Of a stretch of DNA of 44,007 nt, positions 42,962-44,007 are shown one piece after another. The first letter of the stretch is position 1. The number at the start of each line of letters is the position of its first letter. Source of the DNA: a phage. Where the stretch lies: the sequence record PX907401.1, one strand, 5' to 3'. The position numbers and the translations under genes were made by a program. The notes beneath the pieces were generated by a model, which was not told where the DNA came from, searched no databases, and saw nothing but the letters and a program-made list of their open reading frames with translations.

Positions 42962-44007
42962 TCATTTCAACATTTCCGGGCTAATGGTTAAGCGCGCTAC
43001 TTCGCCGTAGTTGGCGCTATAGGTGATGACGTTTGCGCTGCGACCTGACATCCAACCGCCACGACTGGCGTAGGCGTCTTTCGCTGCGAGCGTCCTGTGC
43101 TGTTCAACAATCATGTTGCGGGATTCAACAATCTTCTGGTGGTGCAAATGGCCTACGTGCGCGTAGCTGTATTCGCTCGACCCGAAAGCCTGTCTGAATT
43201 TAGCGATCATAACCTGCTCGATAACATCGAATCGCGCTTTGTGCCCGTGGTGGAAAAATAGTGTGGTCTTACCGTGCTGCACCATTTTGTAGACGTCCGG
43301 GGACGTATCCACATCGACGCGCGGCTCGTTCTCGTACAGCGTGTTGAACATCTCAGCAAGCCAAATCATGCCCGACTCGTCATGATTCCCCTGGACGATT
43401 AGCAGTTTGACTTTGTGGTGTTTTTGCAGCGCCAGTTCGACGACGTTGCGCACCATGCGAATCATGTAGCGGACCAACTTCTGGTATCGGGTGTCGGCGT
43501 CCAGTATGTGACCACTTGCCGGAGTGACAGCATCGAGGCTATCAAAGTGGGCCATATCACCGAGGATATTAATTACGGCAGTGCCTGCGTCCGGGGCGCG
43601 GGCGAAGGCTTCGACAAACCAGCGGTAAAACAGGTCTTCGGCAATCGCCATATCCCAGTCTTCGCCAGTCTCCTCGCCCCAGGCCAACATGCCCAGGTGG
43701 AAGTCTGACACAGTGTACAGGTTGAGTAGGTCGAGCGCCTGGATCGGGACTGGCGGGGCGCTTACTGGTGCTGCCGGTGTGATTTCGCTGTTCATGCCCT
43801 CGACAACAGCGCGCATGGCTTCAAGCTGGCGCTCCTTGTCCTGCTCAGTGATAACCCACGACATGACCTCTTCGCCATTTCCGCGCACCAGGGCCGATAC
43901 GCGCTTAACCCCAAACCCATCGGCAACGCGCTTGCGTATTACGGCATCGTTGCCGTGTCCAATGCCTTTTTTCGACAGGCGGGCTTTCCGCATATAAACA
44001 TTGCGTA
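42962..44007 (-). CDS. Calcineurin-like metallophosphoesterase, truncated by the window edge (N-terminal HTH segment is at 1-168)
   Basis: Motifs SDFHLG, GDMAHFD, GNHDE, GHLHH read in the translation; the ORF runs into the terminal repeat. Confidence 0.75.
   Translation of the reverse strand, partial: RNVYMRKARLSKKGIGHGNDAVIRKRVADGFGVKRVSALVRGNGEEVMSWVITEQDKERQLEAMRAVVEGMNSEITPAAPVSAPPVPIQALDLLNLYTVSDFHLGMLAWGEETGEDWDMAIAEDLFYRWFVEAFARAPDAGTAVINILGDMAHFDSLDAVTPASGHILDADTRYQKLVRYMIRMVRNVVELALQKHHKVKLLIVQGNHDESGMIWLAEMFNTLYENEPRVDVDTSPDVYKMVQHGKTTLFFHHGHKARFDVIEQVMIAKFRQAFGSSEYSYAHVGHLHHQKIVESRNMIVEQHRTLAAKDAYASRGGWMSGRSANVITYSANYGEVARLTISPEMLK
43938..44007. repeat. Terminal direct repeat, identical to 1-70
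   Basis: Same 70-nt string as the window start. Confidence 0.9.

Noticed and set aside
1-44007. Integrase, repressor/antirepressor lysogeny module, attP, tRNA genes
   Set aside because: No tyrosine or serine recombinase-like ORF and no cloverleaf-like tRNA were recognised by eye; the phage is therefore probably virulent, but this is not proven without a formal search.

Overview
The window looks like a complete, circularly closed genome of a tailed dsDNA bacteriophage with a lambda-type tail module: bases 1-70 repeat bases 43938-44007 exactly, so the unit length is about 43,937 bp. All calls are by eye from the sequence and the ORF track; no searches were run. Layout: (i) a plus-strand early/replication block at 6.7-19.8 kb (acidic protein, PD-(D/E)XK exonuclease, putative ssDNA-binding protein, family-A DNA polymerase, VRR-NUC nuclease, SNF2-like helicase, C5- and N6-DNA methyltransferases, HAD-like phosphatase); (ii) a minus-strand block at 6.4-0.3 kb (HTH regulator, primase/helicase, unknowns, holin-like proteins, GH24 endolysin); (iii) a minus-strand packaging and morphogenesis block at 44.0-19.9 kb (HTH-metallophosphoesterase, TerS, TerL, portal, Mu-F-like head protein, spanins, scaffold, major capsid, connector proteins, major tail, G/GT chaperone, tape measure, M/L/K/I/J-like tail tip proteins, fiber). 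No integrase, CRISPR array or tRNA was recognised. Most notable: (1) an intein splits motif B of the DNA polymerase, and an HNH-type endonuclease ORF lies inside it in the -1 frame, with both frames open for about 250 codons; (2) a 170-aa protein homologous to only domain II plus the C-terminal end of the bacterial beta sliding clamp (DnaN), keeping the partner-binding pocket residues but lacking domain I, sits in a small island with the Rz/Rz1 spanins inside the head gene cluster; (3) a 174-bp element with arrays of TGTCCCGC heptamers occurs twice, 27.8 kb apart; (4) 54-bp tandem repeats, each with a perfect 18-bp palindrome, lie at the primase 3' end; (5) a 9-mer ATTGGTTGC recurs at least 15 times, almost only in promoter-like intergenic positions.
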